DNA of 64,000 nucleotides from Octopus sinensis (lineage: Eukaryota). The position numbers were made by a program, and so were the translations under genes. Under the pieces are notes generated by a model that had not been told where the DNA came from, made no database searches, and saw only the letters and a program-made list of their open reading frames with translations. Of the stretch, positions 1 to 12,949 are shown piece by piece; the first letter of the stretch is position 1, and every line of letters begins with the position of its first letter. The DNA lies in assembly GCF_006345805.1 (NCBI RefSeq), contig NC_043001.1:122016001-122080000 (forward strand). Reading direction: 5' to 3'.

Positions 1-800
1 AACCCATGTCATAAATAACTTGTTCTGATTTAGATCCATTCCACTTGTATTTTTTGTAACTTTTTCACCCATTATTCATCATCTGCTTTCCTTACAGTAC
101 TCTGCAATCATCTCTCCTACACACCTTTTCTACATACATCAGCTGATGCTTCTAATGGCCAGCTGCTCTCTCACCTCACATATGCTCCAGTTAACATAAC
201 ACATCCATTATATTCTCCATCATTTATAATACACTTTCTCAAAATGGGTCCCATCTCCTCTGTAATGACCAACAAATTTGAATATATTCAAAAATTGCCA
301 CTTGTCTTATTCTTAAAATTTATGACCTGCATAACCAAACCACTTTGCTTTTGTAATCTGCTACCATCTATACAGACTACATATCTCTCACTGCTATATA
401 TAAATATATATGTATATATATATATTACTTGTTTCAATCCTTGGGTTATAGACATGTTGGGGTGCTACCTTGAAGTGAAGAGTTATCGTCAAACAAACTG
501 ACCCTAGTACTTACTTTTTTAAGTCCAATTCTCAATTTCGTTTAATAGTTGTAAATGCAAGCAGTGTCATACATTGTCATTCAAGTAGTGACCATTTCCA
601 ATCTTCCATGAAAACATGTCTGGTCATGAGAAATATTACCTTCTTTGGTAACTGGTGAGGGTTAGCGACAAGAAGGGTATTCTGTTGCAGAAAATCCACT
701 ATAATGTCTGACCCATGCAAGCATGGAAAAATGGATGTTCAGAATGAGTCCAATCCTTGCCAACATGGAACATAGATGTTAAATGATGATGAGGATTATT

Positions 801-1202
801 CTTTTCTACTCTAGGCACAAGGCCTGACATTTTTGGTGAGCGGGGTGGGGCAGTTGATTAGATCGACCTCGGTATGCAACTGGTACTTAATTTATCGACC
901 CCAAAATGATGAAAGGCAAACTCGACCTCGGTGGAATTTGAACTCAGAATGTAACGGCAGATGAAATACCTATTTCTTTACTACCCACAAGGGGCTAAAC
1001 ACAGAGGAGACAAACAAGGACAGACAGATGGATTAAGTCGATTACATCGACTCCAGTGCGTAACTGGTACTTATTTAATCGACCCCGAAAGGATGAAAGG
1101 CAAAGTCGATTTCGGCGGAATTTGAACTCGGAACGTATCGGCAGACGAAATACCATTAAGCATTTCGTCCATCGTGCTAACATTTCTGCCAGCTTGCCGC
1201 CT
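801..1202 (-). mobile_element. tRNA-derived SINE family A, dimeric copy
   Basis: A/B-box-like head (GAGTTCAAATTCC) and central GTCGACTTTGCCTTTCATCCTTTCGGGGTCGA core. 17-bp TSD TGATGATGAGGATTATT at 784-800 and 1203-1219 flanks both units. Confidence 0.9.
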
Positions 1203-1642
1203 TGATGATGAGGATTATTATTAAATCTCTAAACAATGTGGTCAGTAAATCCATCATATTAAAATTCACAGCCAATTAGCCATATCTAACATTTAAAGCG
1301 GATAGAATGTATTGATTTTGCAATGCCTATAAATATAAAAAATAAGCCAGTATTAATTTATTTATAAAAAGTTTTGGAAGAGAATAATTTATTTTACTGT
1401 CAGGAAGAGCAGTTAAATGTTGTTAGTCAAGAATGAACCTTTGTTAGAAAGCGAGAGATGAAATGTTTTTGATGAAAAAAACATGAAATGTTTAATCTAT
1501 GGTTAGTTAAGATGACTGACTTCTTTCACCTGTGGAGAGGGTAATAAAAATAAAATCTCTGCTCTTAGTCTGTGAAACCTGATTGCTGTTCCATGAAAGT
1601 TTGTGTGTGAATATGATAAATTTGTGCTAGTGTGAGGTTTGT

Positions 1643-1955
1643 GAAGGCATGTGGCTTATTGGTTAAGGATATTCAGCTCACAATCATAAGGTTGTGAGTT
1701 CAATTATTGGCTGTGACTCATGTCCTTGGGCAAGGCACTTAATTTCATATTTCGCCAGTCCTCTCAACTGGTAAAAATGAGTCGTACCTGTAATTCACAA
1801 GGTCACATATTGTGTCGCTCTGAATCTCCCTGAGAACTATGTTAAGGGTATACATGTCTGTGGAATACTCAGCCAGCTACATGTTACTTTCATGAACAAG
1901 CTGTTCCGTTCAGTGGATCAACTGGAGCCCTTGTCATTGTGACTGACAGAATAGT
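1643..1955 (+). mobile_element. tRNA-derived CORE-like SINE (family E)
   Basis: A/B-box head, then TCCTTGGGCAAGGCACTT. A related minus-strand copy lies at ~51645-51915 and another tRNA-headed repeat at ~51975-52325. Confidence 0.75.
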
Positions 1956-4939
1956 ATAGTATCGCCAGGTTGTATAGTTTGTTGTTGCTTCTGGGTTCCA
2001 GGCCAATTCTGAATGGGTAGGTATTGTAGCTGTGACCATCCTATCTTTTATTCGGTCAGCATAGCAGTGATTACTAGATTATTAAACATTTATTTCTTTT
2101 ATAAGATAGTAAGAAGCAATTAAAGATAGATTTTGGTTGCTATTTCTTGCAGCTAGAGTCACTACAGACAGGATACCTCATTGGCTTGACTATAAATTGA
2201 TCTGATTGTGTGTGTGTGTGTGTGTGCTTGTTTTACTCTGAATGCCATTGCATATCCTTGTTGCTTTATGCAGGCATGTAAAAAAAAAAAAAATCAATGA
2301 ATCTAAATCGATCTATCAATAATTTATCTTTTAACAGTTTACCACTATGAAATGCTGATGGGATTTTCTCCCAAGATTTTAAAATAATCCTGTCCAGAAT
2401 ACAAAATACATTTTAACATAAATATTTTGAACTGACCTTGTGCTAGTGTCACATAAAAAGCACTTAGTACACTCTCTAAAGTGGTTGGCATAAAGAAAGT
2501 CATCTGACCATAGAGATCTTGCTAAAATAGACAATCAGAGCCTGGTGCAGCTCTCTGGCTTGCCAGCTCCTTTCAAACTGTCCAATTCATCCCAGTATGG
2601 AATCAGACATTAGATGATAACCCACCCCACTCCCTCCATCATTCCTCTTTATTCACCTAAAAAATCCTGTTATCTGATTGGCTTTCATTATAACTAAGGT
2701 TTCATTAAAGTAGTGAGCTAGTAAAATCATTAGCACACCAGACAAAATGCTTAGAAACATTTTGTTCATTTCAATGTTCTTAGTTCAAATTCTACCTTGG
2801 TCAACTTTGCCTTTCATCCTTTTAGGGTTTATGAAACCAGTACCAGTTGAGCCACTGGAATTGTTGTTATCCACTTGTCCCCTCCAAAATTTCAGGCCTT
2901 GTGCCTATAATAGAATGAATTATTATTAAGCTTTCATTACCAAGGACCTATTTCTTTACATTAACATTTTCCCTATTCCAGGTGAAAGCATTTAACTCAT
3001 GCCCTAACCTTTTTTTTTTTTTTCCTATAAGGATCGCTTACATAGTAATGCAAATTTGTATGTGAATGTCTGATTGCTGTCTTCTTTTTAGCACCCATGC
3101 AAGGGGGCTTTGGGATGCTGTGGTATTTTGACATTATTGTATGCCTCTAATTATCAAAGCTACCCTATTGGCTCAAATCTGACAAGAGCACAAGCTCTTG
3201 TTTATAGGAATTAACATTTTGTTTATTTTCCACTTTATACCAAATTCAGTTTTTTATATTCTGATAAGTCCTTGCTGTTGTTTAGTGCAGGATCAGTCCA
3301 AAATGGGCAGACCTATGATAAAAGGTGTTCAACTCCTCACTATCTTGTCCCTTCGTTTTCACAGCTACAGTCATGTGTGCTTCCAGTTTTTAAGACTATA
3401 TGTGTGATTTGAAATTTGGCTGTTATTTCTAGTAGGTCAAGTTACTTCATAGATGTTCCCTTGTTGGCTTGTTTTGTTGCTTGTTATATATATATTTTGT
3501 CTTTCTTGTTGCTTCTTCTTTTAAGATTCTGGTTTCAGCATCAGTAACTTCGGTTGTCCTTGAACTGAATCTAGCAAATATTTCTGATTCTCCCACTTGT
3601 TAGGGAAAAATGGTGAATTTGGACAATTCTCAGTGATTTTGTTCAGAAATAGAATCTTTCTGTTTCTTTTATTTAGATACAAAATTGTGACTTGGGATGG
3701 TAATTGACAAGAAGTATAAAAAGAAATGCTTCTTTGTTTTGTTTTTTTTTTCTTTTTGCCTTAAAAAAAATTGTTTAAATATCTCTCTTGAATGAATATA
3801 GATTATTATTTTCTATGATTTGAAGGTTTTGCCAGTTGGAAAAAATAAAAAAAAATGGATTTGTTTTTCCAATTGTATTTTCTGCAGCAGATGTCTTCAG
3901 CAGATGTAAATATAATAACAAAATGTTAATTCTGAGCCACAGAATAGTTTCAGATTGTTGAAGTGGATTGGAGAATATTTTTTTTTTTAAGAACATGGTT
4001 ACATATAGTGTTTACAAATATCCACTCCCATAACATAATGCCAACCGCATGTGACTTACATCCATTCATACCCTTTTAAAAAACGCAGAAAATGCTAATA
4101 TTTTAACCCACCCTGTTTGATGACACAAGGACACATCATGCAGGCTTTGACTGTCAAAGATTGTTACTTTCAACACGTACAAATGCACTCAGTGCGTGTG
4201 GGTGTGTGCGTGTGTGTGTAATATGTATATAGAATATATATTTCGTTACTGCCCACAAGGGGCTAAACACAGAGGGGACAAACAAGGACAGACAAAGGGA
4301 TTAAGTCGATTGCATCGATCACCAGTGCATAACTGGTACTTAATCGATCCCGAAAGGATGAAAGGCAAAGTCGACCTCAGCAGAACTTGAACTCAGAATG
4401 TAACCTGTATATAGAAAATAGTTTTAGTGATCATTCTCCATGCATGGGCCACATGGTGTTTATTGAGGAAGATTCTCTATGGCTAGATGTCCTTCCTGCT
4501 GCCAACACCTGCCTGTTTCTAAGTAAAGAAATATTTCCTTATGGCCAGACATGTTTTTACAGAATACTGGAAATGAACGACACTGCCTCTATGACAGTGA
4601 CATTCATTTGCAACTAACATATGATGTCAAGGCAAGGAGACTTAACATAAACATACACACACGCACACAGGGCTTCTTTCAGTGTCTGATTACCTAATCC
4701 ACTTATAAGGCTTTGGTTGGCCTTGACTATTGTAGAAACACTTGTCCAAGGTGCCATGCAGTGGGACTGAACCTGAAATCTTGCAGCCGGGAAGCAAACT
4801 TCTTACCCACACAGCCATGCCTGCCCCTTGGTGGCAACAGTCTTTGATAACTGAATCAGCTTGAAATGTCTTTGTTATCATACAGAGAAAGTTAAAACAT
4901 CAGCATTTTTTGAGGGTTTTTTTTTTCAAATTTTAAAAC

Positions 4940-5310
4940 GTTGGATGTAGAGGGTTTGTTGGACACAGTTGTTATTGTTTGGCTTAACTCATCATAAGGT
5001 AAATACCACCATGACCGATATCCAAACTACAGTGGAGAAGGCTAGCCACTGGATTTGGTTAAAAAGAGACGATGAGCGATGGCTAGAGAAATATTGAGCT
5101 TTATTTAATAACCAGTTGATCTAGCAAGTGGGGTCCTCATATCAGTGGAGGGTGGTGGTGTGCATAGATGCCGTCAAGAGGTAGACCCTGAAACGGCACG
5201 CATTCTCTCCTGATGACCTCATACACTTACTGGCTTCTGGTATGCGGAGCTTTTGACTGGTAGTACTTGCATGTGCAAGTTGTTTGCAAGGCGTCTATGC
5301 CTCAAACAAC
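4940..5310 (+). mobile_element. 3' end of an RLE-bearing (NeSL/Hero/R2-like) non-LTR retrotransposon
   Basis: VGCRGFVGHS, then after a frameshift TTVEKASHWIWLKRDDERW* (stop 5095-5097). This resembles the EVGCRGF...AEKASRWLWLKR C-terminus of RLE elements. Clade is recalled, not searched. Confidence 0.65.
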
Positions 5311-6178
5311 TGGCATTATGTTTTGAAAATAGAAATATGTCAAGGAAATAACTATTGATGGTATACATTTGTGTTTAATGTTACTTGTGGGGAGTGTTTC
5401 ATTGCAAAAGAGAAACTCTTTTGTGTATGTGTTTGTGGGTTCTTGCTTACAAACTGAAGAAAAGAAGACGAAAGGAAGAGAAAGAATTGACTCCTTTTTT
5501 TTTATTGTGGACTGAGAGGCTGGTTTATTAGAAACCACATTTTTTTTTACTCGTTTACTTGTTTCATTCATTTGACTGTGGCCATGCTGGAGCACCATCT
5601 TTAGTCAAGCAAATCGACCCCAGAGCTTATTCTTTGTAAGCCTAGTACTTATTCTATCGGTCACTTTTGCAGAACCGCTAAGTTACGGGGACATAAACAC
5701 ACCAGCATCGGTTGTCAAGCGATGTTGGGAGGACAAACACAGACACAAACATATACACACACGCACACACACACACACACACACACCACATACTCACATA
5801 CACTCATACACACACACACACACACACATACACACACACACGACGGGCTTCTTTCAGTTTCCATCTACCAAATTCACTCACAAGGCTTTGGTCGGCCCGA
5901 GGCTATAGTAGAAGACACTTGCCCAAGGTGCCACGCAGTGGGACTGAACCCAGGACCATGTGGTTGGTAAGCAAGCTACTTCCCAGACAGCCACTTCTGC
6001 ACCTATATATATATTTTTCAGCTTGTTGCAGCCATTGGACTGAGGTTTAGTCAAACAAATCAACTCCAGGACTTATTTTAAGTTTTGTACTTATTATATC
6101 AAGTCTCTTTTACTGAGCCACTAAGTTATGAGGACATAAACAAACCAACGTCTGATGTCTGGTTGTGGCAAGGTGGTG

Positions 6179-6217
<39 letters not shown>

Positions 6218-7965
6218 AGAACTTTCCCATAGTTTCTGTCTACCAAATTCATTCACAAGGCATTGGTCAGCCTTGGGCTAAAGTAGAAGACACTTGTTGA
6301 TGGGACTGAACCCATATTCATGTGATTGCAAAGCAAGCTTCTTAACCACATAGCCATGCCTGCTCCCATATTATGGGACTATATTGTGGAATATTTTTAA
6401 AGGGTTGGGTAAGATTTGGAGGAAGTTTTGTGATTATTTCCTACACTTTGTTTGATTATGTAAGGGCTTTATATTCTGTCTTGTGGCTGGTGAGTGAGGG
6501 ATGTAAACCAGTGAACTGTGTTACTTCAAGCTGATGTCTTAGTACGAAACATACCAGTAGGATTTAATTTAATAATTTAAGATGGGTAAGGTCCGAATGG
6601 GGTGAGATTAAAGCTATGCTATTTTAAAAACTTTAAAGAGGATAAAGCAATTATTACAAATATTACTAGATAATTAAATACCACAGTAATTTCTTAATCC
6701 AATATGAACTTAAAAATGCCAATTAATGAAGTAATTTAAAAATGCTATTAAACTAATTGAAAGCTTTGAAACTAATATCCCTGACCCCACTTCCTCCCAC
6801 ATCATCACTTGCTAGTTCAATTGCACTCATGTACCTGTATGTGAACAGATATATGCATGTGCTCACAAATGCACTCATTGACGTATCTGAGTTATTTCAC
6901 TCAGCTTAGGTTTTGTAATTATGTGTACAGTAATCCCTCAACTATTGTGGGTGTTACATTCCAAAACCCCACCACAATACTCTTTTACTCTTTTCAGTCA
7001 TTTGACTGTGGCCATGCTGGAGCACCGCCTTTAGTCTATCAAATCGACCCCAGGACTTATTCTTTTTAAGCCTAGTACTTATTCTATCGGTCTCTTTTGC
7101 CGAACTGCTAAGTTACAGGGACGTAAACACACCAGCATCTGTTCGACTAAAGGCGGTACTCCAGCATGGCCACAGCCAAATGACTGAAACAAATAAAAGA
7201 ATATATATATTGCAATATTATTTCTTGTTTTTATACAGGAATTCTCTGTTTTTCTTCTTTTCATTCTCTTCATTTCTCTTGCCTGCTTTCTTATCTCTCC
7301 CCCCTTGCTCCTCTCTCTGTTCTATCTTCTTCCCCTCCTCTTTCCTTTTCCTTCTATTTTTCTCTCTAGACCTGTCCCTCACTGCCCTCCCTCTCTCTCA
7401 CCCTCTCTCTAAAACTGTGTTCCTTTGTCTCACTCTCTAGCACCATCTCTGCTTGTCTCTAACTCTTTTGCTCTTAGATATCTACCCACTCTCTGCCATT
7501 CCTATATATCTTCATTGATGTTGGCCACAAAGAACTACAATACAAAGAACTATTAATGTTCTACCACCGTATTGGTCTATTAAGCAGAAACAGCAGCAGC
7601 CGTATTTCATAAAAGAACTATTCCAATTATTTTCTATTGGAAGAACAAATTTCTTTGATAAGAAATGAAATTGCTTTCTTTTATATTTATAGTGAAATCT
7701 ATTTTATTATGAAGGTGTAAATTACTACCATTCTTAGTGCTAAGGAAACATTATGGAACAGAAATAGTGTATTCTAAGAGTTTTATTTTACATACATATA
7801 TGTAGTGCGGTAAGTAGCTTGCTTACCAACCACATGGTTCCAGGTTCAGTCCCACTGCATGGCACCTTGGGCAAGTATCTTCTACTATAACTTCGGGCTG
7901 ACCAAAGCTTTGTGAGTGGATTTGCTAGACGGAAACTTAAAGAAGCCTATCATTAGTGTGTGTGT

Positions 7966-8002
<37 letters not shown>

Positions 8003-8003
8003 A

Positions 8004-8065
<62 letters not shown>

Positions 8066-8380
8066 TACAACCTCACACCTACCTGACAATTTCATTCTAA
8101 AAATATACAATCACATCATTGAAATCTTGAAGCTATGAGATAATGTTTGGTTAATCCTAAACCATGTAAATAAAGAAGCATTATATTTGACAGGGTAATC
8201 TGAATGTTGAAGGGTTAAAAAGTTTTAATCCCAGCCCCAATATTTGCCCCAGGGAGAGTAAAGGTTTGCCAGCCATAAAGTGATGTAACTAAATAATAAA
8301 ATTTTTCCTTTGACATTACTGAGTCTGCCAGTCCCTGAAACACATGTGCGCATGCACACACACACACACACACACACATA

Positions 8381-8821
8381 GGATCTTTTCGGTTTGAACT
8401 GCAGTTTTTAAAAATAATTTCCACGTAACTAAACACTTTTAAACTTCGTATACTGGTATAATGTGTTTATAAAACATCTTCTTCTCTTGGCTTTATTGAG
8501 AAAATTCTATAGTTTGTAAGATATTTGTTGTTTTTTTTCTTCAATTTCTGCAATTTCAACCAATCAATGACGTCTATTGAGGTGAAAACATTCTGTGCCA
8601 TATGAATATATCCCTCGTTTAAGAAACAGATTGGGTTTATTTACATTTCTGAAGAAAAAAAGATACCCTTCCCTCCACCCCTAACCTACCCTAACTAACC
8701 CTAACTCTAACCCTAACCCTTAAACTGATTGAAATGCAATAGATCGATACTAGAGTCATAATTATGGGTGACAATTTCATGACACCACGAGAAAAAACTG
8801 CCATTCAAACTGAAAAGATCC
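8381..8821. mobile_element. 441-bp MITE with ~29-bp TIRs, 8-bp TSD and an internal (CTAACC)n tract
   Basis: TIR GGATCTTTTCGGTTTGAACTGCAGTTTTT / AAAAACTGCCATTCAAACTGAAAAGATCC; TSD CACACATA at 8373-8380 and 8822-8829. Confidence 0.88.
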
Positions 8822-9589
8822 CACACATACACTTTAAAGGGTTTTCCCATAAATTCTGCCTTCCAAATTTTATTTGCAAAGCTTTGGTCAGACCAAATCT
8901 GTCGAAGACATTTACCCAAGGTGCTATGCATTGGAATCACACTGAAAACCATGTAATTGTGAGGGAAACTTTTTTTTTCAACCATGCATAGAAAATGTAA
9001 TAAAACAGGAGTATCAGAGAGAGTAACTTGATTCTTTATAGCAGGGTTCCATGAGAGAGCGCTAGGGGGTACCATGAGAAGTCATGAGGAATAGTGATAA
9101 ATAAACTAATTATATGTAAATGTATTTTTGAGTGATTTTTGTGTTTAATTTTATATTTTTAAATTTATTATATACGCATGACATATTCCCTCATCTAGTG
9201 AAAGCCTAGCATTTGTGGGTGGTATGACCACCTTCTGGGAAAAGTGACTTTTAATTAGATAAGTTGAAGGGAATTTGATCTAAGCAAGGTCTTGGTTAGT
9301 GTAAAATTTCTAAAATATCCATTATGGCTTCTGATGGATTTGGTATTAAACATTTCAAAGACAGCTTTGTGATATGTTATATGTCTTATGGAATTATTAA
9401 ATAGATAAATGATAGTATAGGCTTGGGTATGCTGTTTGTATGTGTTGTGGGTATGTACTGCTGCTTGCTTCGCAATCATGTGGTTTGGAGTTCAGTCCTG
9501 CTGCAACTGCCCCATTAGCAGTGTCTTCTAAGGGTTGACCAAAGCTTTGTGATGGGATTTGGTTGACAGAAGCAGAAAGCTTGTTTAAG

Positions 9590-9750
9590 TGTGTGTGTGT
9601 GTTGTGTTTGTGTTGTGTGTGTAGTGTGTGTATTGTGTGTTATGTGTGTGTATGTATTGTGTGTGTTGTGCATGTGTGTATGTATGTGTGTTGTGCATGT
9701 GTGTATGTGTTGTGTGCGTGTTGTGTGTGTGTGTTGTGTTTGTGTGAATG
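9590..9750. repeat. Degenerate (GT)n tract; similar CA/GT/TA tracts at ~7955-8060, 12238-12345, 39825-40010, 58658-58710, 60385-60660
   Basis: Direct reading. Confidence 0.9.
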
Positions 9751-10070
9751 GTGCCCCAGAATGACCACAGCTTTCAAGCTGAAACTGGCTAAAGAGTTAT
9801 AATTAGATAACTTAGATTGGTTTCAGCCATTATCGGCCCAGGTTGTGACTAACTCAATAGCGTCACCTAGTGAATTGTAAACATAATACTGATATCATTT
9901 GGATAATATTGGTGGAATATTTTCCACATGGTACAAATAATGTATCACTCATGGTGGCGTTGCAGAGTTTTAAGCTGTTTAAGTTGAGCCCAATTATATT
10001 GTCTAAGAGGATCCATCAAGCCAAGTGCACCCATGCAGGTAGCATGTAACAAAATCAACCTTTGAATGTT

Positions 10071-10530
10071 GGGCCTCTCGGAAGCAAAGTTGGTGACTTC
10101 TTTTCAAGTGTTGGGCCTCACGGAGGCAAGGTGGCTGAGTTCCTTTCGAGTGGGCCTCACGGAGGCGAGGTGGCTGAGTTCCTTTCGAGTGGGCCTCACA
10201 GAGGCGAGGTGGCTGAGTTCCTTTCAAGTGGGCCTCACAGAGGCAAGGTGGCTGAGTTCCTTTCGAGTGGGTCTCACGGAGGCAGGTGGCTGAGTTTCTT
10301 TCAAGTGGGCCTCACAGAGGCAAGGTGGCTGAGTTCCTTTCGAGTGGGCCTCACGGAGGCAAGGTGGCTGAGTTCCTTTCAAGTGGGCCTCACAGAGGCG
10401 AGGTGGCTGAGTTCCTTTCAAGTGGGCTTCACGGAGGCAAGGTGGCTGAGTTCCTTTCGAGCGCTGGGCCTCATGGAGGCAAAGTGGCCAAGCTCCCTTC
10501 GAGTGTTGGGCCTCACAGAGGCAATGACCA
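10071..10530 (+). repeat. 39/42-bp VNTR (GGGCCTCACGGAGGCAAGGTGGCTGAGTTCCTTTCGAGT) inside a (GAT)n-tailed repeat element
   Basis: 12 GGG(C/T)C anchors at 10071, 10113, 10152, 10191, 10230, 10269, 10307, 10346, 10385, 10424, 10466, 10508. Confidence 0.95.
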
Positions 10531-10754
10531 AGACGTTGGCATTATGTCATGATTAAGAAGACCCATCAAGCCAAGCAAAATCAGTCATGGCAGAAACCAT
10601 TGTCACGCAAATGGCACCCATGTCGGTGGCATGTAAAAGCACCCATTACACTCTCAGAGTGGTTGGTGTTAGGAAGGGCATCCAGCTATAGAAAACCATG
10701 CCAAATCAGACTAGATCCTGCCACAGCCTTCTAGTGTGCCAGCTCAGTCAAACC

Positions 10755-10986
10755 TATTTCTTTACTACCCGCAAGGGGCTAAACACAGAGAGGACAAACA
10801 AGGACAGACAAACGGATAAAGTCAATCATATCGACCCAAGTGTTTCACTGGTACTTATTTAATCGACCCCGAAAGGATGAAAGGCAAAGTCGACCTCGGT
10901 GGAATTTGAACTCAAAACGTATCGGCAGACAAAATACGGCTATGCATTTCACCCGGTGTGCTAATGATTCTGCCAGCTTGCCGCCT
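10755..10986 (-). mobile_element. SINE family A, long-tail copy nested in a family C element
   Basis: 13-bp TSD GCTCAGTCAAACC at 10742-10754 and 10987-10999. Confidence 0.92.
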
Positions 10987-12237
10987 GCTCAGTCAAACCG
11001 TCCAATCCATGCCAGTATGGACAACAGGCGTTGTTAAATGATGATGATGATCGTATGTAGTATCTGTAGATTTTTTTTTTTCTGTGCTCCAAAACAAAAC
11101 TCAGTCTTATTGTTTATATCTCATAACTTTGTGGTTATAACAATTAGGTCCATAAAATAAGTACTAGAGTAAAGTAAGTACTGGCTGGGAGCCGGGTCAA
11201 TAGGATTGACTAAGAAAACATTTGAATAAAAATCATACTACTAGCTTCAATACCCCTGCCAGGTGTTGAATCTGTAAACTGAGTGACAATTGAAGTATAT
11301 AACTTCCGCCAGGTGACGGGAGGGGAAGCAGACTTGTTCTTCCTTTGACCTTCTCTTAATCTACACCAGTGCTTCAGTCCTGAGACAAAGGTCTGATTGG
11401 ATAAGGGCAAGGAAGTGTGTGCATGTGTATGGAGCAGTAGTGCCCCTACCCTTACCACTTCTGGTCACTTGGTAAAAAGAATTAATTCTCCTTTGTCACT
11501 TAGCTGTGACCCCTATCTATGATCTCACCTCCTTCTCTCCCCATTGTCACATGAATTGAGGACAATAATAATTAGCTGTTTTGTTTTATTGACAGTGTAT
11601 ATAAAAGGAGTTGTAAAACACTTATACACCACCTACCTGGTTGTATTTATTTGACTCAAGTCTTACCTGCTGCTGTGTATGTTATATGTCTTATTGAGAA
11701 ATAAATACAAAAGGTTGCCCCCCTCCTCACTTTTATTCTCCCATCCAGCACTCAATTTAATCCCTTTTTATTTAGGATTATTCAGAAAGGCTCAATCTAC
11801 TTATGCTTTTTATTTTATTTCTGCCTCATCAATTTTGTGAGATTTCATTTAACTCTGTTTAAATAGAACTAAAGTACATGCTTATCCATGTATACACATG
11901 GACACATATTCAACCACATACATGCACACACACACAAACTCTACAAACTTATCTACTCACAGTTACATTTTTATTGTATTTTTGTATTTATATTCGTGTA
12001 ACATCGTCTGTTTTTCCGTCCTTGTTTTCGTATACATTCGATGCTTTTTTTCCAAGGAATCTAATGCTCTTAGCTTAGTTTTTCCTTGGGGCTGGCCAGA
12101 TTGGAGCAATCTCAAGATTAATCAGCCAAAATTGCGAAGATGATATGGTTCTTGACTGAAAATAAAAGGCTTCGAATGACCTGTCCTTATTTTTGTGTAT
12201 CGTCTATCTGGATGTTTTGTGTTCTTGTCCCATTTTG

Positions 12238-12284
<47 letters not shown>

Positions 12285-12949
12285 ATATATAATATATATA
12301 TATATAACATACATACATACATACATACATATGTATATATACATGCATACATTCAATTCTGAATATATGTATGTATGCATTTGTAAAATTTCTTTAAATA
12401 TACTGTTATCTATGTATGAGCATACTTGTAACTCATTCCATTCTTGCTCATTATACATACTTTTATTTTTTTACTTACAGTCAAATTTCACAGGAAAACT
12501 AAATACATAGGATACACAACATCATATATTCATACAATGATATACGTTTATATATTCATACACACTTGAATACATCTGCACAAGCATACACACTTAACTG
12601 CTTTCTCAAAAACACTGTATGTACACACATACAGACACTCACACATATATCTACATACAAACATCTATATGTTTCCTTACATACAAAACTCAGAGAAAGA
12701 GCGTACATTTACTAAACCAATACTGCTATCACCAATATACCAATCAATTTTTTACACTTAGGTTTTCCAGTAATTCCATGAGTTTTACCTTTTTTTTTTT
12801 ACCATTTCCTTCAGAGTTCATTGATTTTTTTTTGTTTTTTTCCTCTTTTCCCTTACAGGAACAATTTTACTTTAATGGTTTTTAATGTTGTTTTTTAATG
12901 CTTTTTTTTTTGTAAAGAGCTATTTCATACATGAAATCAGTGTTACTCA

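Noticed and set aside
1643-1720. tRNA genes at SINE heads
   Set aside because: A/B boxes are present, but there is no complete cloverleaf and each head continues into SINE body sequence.
3480-3620. Minus-strand peptide FARFSSRTTEVTDAETRILKEEATRKTK, faintly like Crypton/KCTD1-type N-termini
   Set aside because: It is short, has no splice or start support, and no recombinase motifs are nearby.
5190-5222. Hammerhead-like GAAAC...CTGATGA in the RLE 3'UTR
   Set aside because: Only 15 nt lie between the motifs, too short for stems III and I of a type II hammerhead, and stem II does not abut GAAA.
6530-6562. CTGATGT...CGAAAC hammerhead-like motif
   Set aside because: The conserved A9 is replaced by T and there is no stem II pairing. 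At most it is a dead Penelope-type remnant.
10003-10556. Several overlapping ORFs with 13-aa repeats
   Set aside because: They are products of the 39-bp VNTR inside a mobile element.
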